The translations under genes were made by a program, and so were the position numbers. The notes under the pieces were generated by a model that was not told the origin of the DNA, made no database searches, and saw only the letters and a program-made list of their open reading frames with translations. From Verrucomicrobiota bacterium (GTDB lineage Bacteria > Verrucomicrobiota > Verrucomicrobiia > Limisphaerales > CANJXF01), in NCBI GenBank assembly GCA_038214755.1, contig JBBQRQ010000085.1, positions 1 to 21,470 on the forward strand: DNA of 21,470 bases. The letters run 5' to 3'. Below are positions 18,273 through 21,470 of this stretch, piece after piece (within the stretch, counting starts at the first letter, position 1; every line of letters begins with the position of its first letter).

Positions 18273-18773
18273 TTAAGTTACAGCGTCACTGATGCGCGTT
18301 AAAACTTCGTCGGTCGTGAGTGCATCCAGGAGTTGGTTCACCGTTTTCTTTTGTCCTGGCAAAATTAAATCCGGCGCGACTTCACTCAGTGGTTGCAGAA
18401 CAAAGCGGCGCTCGTGCGCTCGTGGATGAGTAAGAGTTAACTTTTCCGAGATACGAATTTCATTCCCAAACGCAATCAAATCCAAATCCAGCGGACGCGG
18501 TTCGTTAAGAATATTTTTCGGCACGCGGCCGAATTCTTTCTCAAGCTGCTGCAATTTTTCGAGAAGACTTTCCGGTGTTTCATTTGGAAAAGAAACCAAC
18601 CCGACAACCGCGTTAACAAACGGCGGCGAATCAGGCGGACAATCAACGGGCGTCGTTTGCCAGAGAGAGGATTGCAACAAAGGTTCGGAAGAAAATTTCT
18701 GCAAACGCTTCATTGCCTGAAAAATAATTTCCCGCGAATTTCCAAGATTTGAACCGAGGGCGACAATGGCCAT
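18273..18773 (-). CDS. folK: 2-amino-4-hydroxy-6-hydroxymethyldihydropteridine diphosphokinase
   Basis: VALGSNLG, FVNAV, EKEFGR, PRPLDLDL, HPRAHERRFVLQPL. Alternative in-frame starts lie within the upstream repeat. Confidence 0.95.
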   Translation of the reverse strand: MAIVALGSNLGNSREIIFQAMKRLQKFSSEPLLQSSLWQTTPVDCPPDSPPFVNAVVGLVSFPNETPESLLEKLQQLEKEFGRVPKNILNEPRPLDLDLIAFGNEIRISEKLTLTHPRAHERRFVLQPLSEVAPDLILPGQKKTVNQLLDALTTDEVLTRISDAVT

Positions 18774-18851
18774 CGTAGCAGCCGACGTGAGGAGGCTCAT
18801 TGGTTTTTCTGGATCATTCAATTAGAGCCTCCTCACGTCGGCTGCTACGAT
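18772..18851. repeat. Perfect GTAG REP doublet (family B) filling the dapB-folK spacer
   Basis: atcgtagcagccgacgtgaggaggctc 18772-18798 and its exact reverse complement 18825-18851. Confidence 0.92.
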
Positions 18852-19585
18852 TATTTCAATCCCAACACATCCTGCATGTCGTACAGCCCCGGTTTTTGTT
18901 GCACGACCCATTGCGCGGCTCGCAGCGCGCCGTTGGCAAAAGTCTCGCGGCTGGATGCTTTATGCGCGAGTTCAAGCCGCTCGCCGTTCGTCGCAAAAAT
19001 AACCGTGTGGTCGCCGACGACATCCCCGCCGCGAATGGAGTGCATTCCAATTTCGGCAGCCGCGCGTTCGCCGATAATTCCTTCGCGGCCATGGCGAATT
19101 ACTTTTACAAGCTGCTGTTGGCGCACATCGGCTAAAATTTCAGCGAGTGTTTTTGCCGTGCCGCTCGGCGCGTCTTTTTTCAGACGATGGTGCATCTCGA
19201 CAATTTCCAAATCAAAGTCCGGTCCCAGAATTTCCGCGGCTTTGCGCGTCAACCAGAAAAGCGTGTTCACGCCCGTGGAATAATTCGAACTCCAGACGAT
19301 TGGGATTTTTGATTTCAGATTTACGATTTGCGATCTTTCAGAATCGGAATGGCCAGTCGTTCCGATTACCAAAGCGTTTTTGTTTGTCGCGCAAAGTTCG
19401 GCAATGGACGCGGTCGCGTTGTGAAAACTGAAATCAATCACCACATCGCTCTGGCCAATGACGCTCTGCAAATCGTCGCCCTGGTCAATTTGGCCGACCA
19501 GTTGAAGGTCGGGCAATCGCGCCGCGCAAGAGACGAGAGTTTGTCCCATGCGACCTTTCGCGCCGGTGATGATGATTCGCGTCAT
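18851..19585 (-). CDS. dapB: 4-hydroxy-tetrahydrodipicolinate reductase
   Basis: GAKGRMG, DVVIDFS, VIGTTG, EIVEMHHRLKKDAPSGTA, RGGDVVGDHTV, FANGALRAA. Confidence 0.97.
   Translation of the reverse strand: MTRIIITGAKGRMGQTLVSCAARLPDLQLVGQIDQGDDLQSVIGQSDVVIDFSFHNATASIAELCATNKNALVIGTTGHSDSERSQIVNLKSKIPIVWSSNYSTGVNTLFWLTRKAAEILGPDFDLEIVEMHHRLKKDAPSGTAKTLAEILADVRQQQLVKVIRHGREGIIGERAAAEIGMHSIRGGDVVGDHTVIFATNGERLELAHKASSRETFANGALRAAQWVVQQKPGLYDMQDVLGLK
19304..19338. repeat. Heptamer tandem repeat inside dapB
   Basis: gattttt gatttca gatttac gatttgc gatcttt; encodes RSQIVNLKSKI on the minus strand. Confidence 0.65.
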
Positions 19586-19597
19586 AAGCCAAAAAAT

Positions 19598-20245
19598 TTA
19601 CGGAAGAACGGTTTTCAATGCGGTGGCATAGGCGTCGCTCAATTCATCGGGCTGGCTCACGCCGATTTTCAAGTCGTGCAAATGGCCGTCGCGCAAACCG
19701 TAAATCCAGCCATGCACAGAAAGGTCCTGTCCGCGCCGCCAGGCATCCTGCACGATGGTTGTTTGCACCGCGTTAACGACTTGTTCAATGACGTTGAGTT
19801 CGCAAAGTTTTTCACCGAGACGATTTTCGTCGGTGATCCTCTCCAACTCCGGCGCGTGTTTGTGGCGAACGTCTTGAACGTGACGCAGCCAATTATCCAC
19901 CAACCCGAGTTTTTGATTTCGAATCGCCGCCATGACGCCGCCGCAGCCGTAATGCCCCACGACCATGATGTGTTTCACTTTCAAGACATCGACGGCGTAT
20001 TGCATGACGGAGAGGCAGTTCAGATCACTATGCACCACGACGTTTGCGACGTTGCGGTGGACGAATAATTCGCCGGGCAATAAATTGACAATTTCATTGG
20101 CGGGAACGCGACTATCGGAACAACCGATCCAGAGGTATTGGGGGAATTGCTGGCGGGAAAGCTTTTTGAAAAAATCGGGATCTGCCGCGCAAATGGATTT
20201 TGCCCAGAGCCGATTGTTGTCGAAAAGATGTTGGAGATGATCCAC
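19598..20245 (-). CDS. can: Beta-class carbonic anhydrase
   Basis: WIGCSDSRVP, GELFVHRNVAN, GHYGCGGV (Cys-Asp-Arg and His-x-x-Cys zinc ligands). GTG 20245 chosen as start, 5 nt after the dapA stop. Confidence 0.95.
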   Translation of the reverse strand: MDHLQHLFDNNRLWAKSICAADPDFFKKLSRQQFPQYLWIGCSDSRVPANEIVNLLPGELFVHRNVANVVVHSDLNCLSVMQYAVDVLKVKHIMVVGHYGCGGVMAAIRNQKLGLVDNWLRHVQDVRHKHAPELERITDENRLGEKLCELNVIEQVVNAVQTTIVQDAWRRGQDLSVHGWIYGLRDGHLHDLKIGVSQPDELSDAYATALKTVLP

Positions 20246-20250
20246 GAAAG

Positions 20251-21129
20251 TTATTTTAAAACGCTGCAACTTTTCATGGTCGCTTTCAAAACCTCGCGAT
20301 TCTTCGCGCTCATTTTCACGAGCGGCAGACGATATTCTTCTTCGATTTGCCCCATCATCGCCAACGCCGCTTTGACCGGAACTGGATTGGTTTCGATAAA
20401 TAAATCTTTGAAGAGCGGATAAAACTTTTGGTGAATTTTTAACGCGGCAGAAGTTTTTCCCGCCGCAAACATTTTCACCATTTGCGAAACTTCACGGGGA
20501 ATGACGTTTGAGGCGACGCTGATCACACCCTGCGCGCCAACCGACATGAACGGCAGCGTGAGCGAATCGTCCCCGCTCAAAATGATACATTTTTCTCCAA
20601 GCGCCGCGCGAAGCTGGCTGACGCGATCAGCATTTCCGCCCGCTTCCTTGATCCCGATAATATTTTTGCAAGCACGCGCGAGCCGCTGGGTCGTTTCAAT
20701 CCCAATCTCGACGCCGCACCTTCCGGGAATGCTGTAGAGAATAATCGGCAACCTCGTCGCTCGGGCAATCGCGCGGAAATGTTGGAACAAACCTTCCTGC
20801 GTCGGCTTATTGTAATAGGGCGCGACTTGCAACGAGCCGTCCGCGCCCACTCGCTCCGCCGCCTGCGTCAGATAAATGGCTTCGTCCGTCGCGTTGCCGC
20901 CCGTGCCCGCGAGCACTTTGATTTTTCTCGCCGCGACTTTGACCGCGAATTCAATCAAATGAATATGCTCCTCAAAATTTACAGTGGGCGATTCGCCGGT
21001 TGTTCCGACCGGCACGATGCCATCCACGCCGCTTTTGATTTGCGTTTGAATCAAACGTTCCAGTGCAGGCTCATCGATTTCCCCGTCGCGAAATGGCGTG
21101 ACGATTGCGGTGTAGGTTCCGGTAAACAT
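20251..21129 (-). CDS. dapA: 4-hydroxy-tetrahydrodipicolinate synthase
   Basis: TAIVTPF, GTTGES, PYYNKP, LYSIPGR, GIKEA, LSGDD, ETNPVPVK. Confidence 0.97.
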   Translation of the reverse strand: MFTGTYTAIVTPFRDGEIDEPALERLIQTQIKSGVDGIVPVGTTGESPTVNFEEHIHLIEFAVKVAARKIKVLAGTGGNATDEAIYLTQAAERVGADGSLQVAPYYNKPTQEGLFQHFRAIARATRLPIILYSIPGRCGVEIGIETTQRLARACKNIIGIKEAGGNADRVSQLRAALGEKCIILSGDDSLTLPFMSVGAQGVISVASNVIPREVSQMVKMFAAGKTSAALKIHQKFYPLFKDLFIETNPVPVKAALAMMGQIEEEYRLPLVKMSAKNREVLKATMKSCSVLK

Positions 21130-21286
21130 GGTTCAAAAAATATCTCTGGCGGCGGATAAAGTCGGAAAAACAAATCACTTTGGCGAGTCTGATTTTGGGA
21201 TCCTATTGGTAGGGTGAATTTGATGTAACGACGCGCGACTCATCCGGGTAGCATCTGCCTCCGGCGGGTGCGAAAACATTTTTTAT

Positions 21287-21310
21287 TTCGATGTTCGATG
21301 TTCGATGTTC
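21287..21310. repeat. Heptamer tandem repeat (TTCGATG)x3
   Basis: ttcgatg ttcgatg ttcgatg ttc. Confidence 0.7.
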
Positions 21311-21470
21311 AGGGCTCCTCGACGTTTTCAGTGGAATGACCTGCATTATTTGTTCGCTGCTATTACTTGGTGACGAAGGCAAAAGCGGTGGAGGGCCACC
21401 CCAAAACAATTAGCAAAAGCGCAGTTTATGACAGCACGAAAATAGCATGTGCGTAATTGATTTGGGTTGG

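Noticed and set aside
119..18851. CRISPR array or integron attC cassette array
   Set aside because: The repeats are heterogeneous, not regularly spaced, lack consistent attC core ends, and no cas or intI genes are present.
21130..21420. Lysine riboswitch upstream of dapA
   Set aside because: No recognisable conserved core or terminator by eye; an Rfam scan would be needed.

Overview
Bacterial DNA whose gene families point to the PVC superphylum, most likely a Pedosphaera-like Verrucomicrobium (inference). The left two-thirds is a co-oriented minus-strand catabolic locus. In transcription order it encodes a secreted tandem-repeat/Ig protein, an N-methylation pilin-like H-X9-DG protein, a DUF1549/DUF1553 cytochrome c protein, DUF1501, a sulfatase and a HEAT-repeat heme-c dehydrogenase-like protein. 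A PAS-AraC regulator sits divergently at its head. To the right are two histidine kinases, a decayed small-ORF/nucleotidyltransferase-like pair missed by the ORF track, and a dapA-can-dapB-folK operon. The most striking non-gene signal is a dense set of different palindromic REP/MITE-like and heptamer repeats. They fill most intergenic spaces, nest inside one another, sit in-frame inside coding sequence, supply a stop codon and a possible ribosome-binding site, and separate a synonymously diverged duplicate of a gene 3' end from its gene. No transposase, CRISPR array, rRNA or tRNA was seen. All family calls come from motif recognition by eye, not from database searches.
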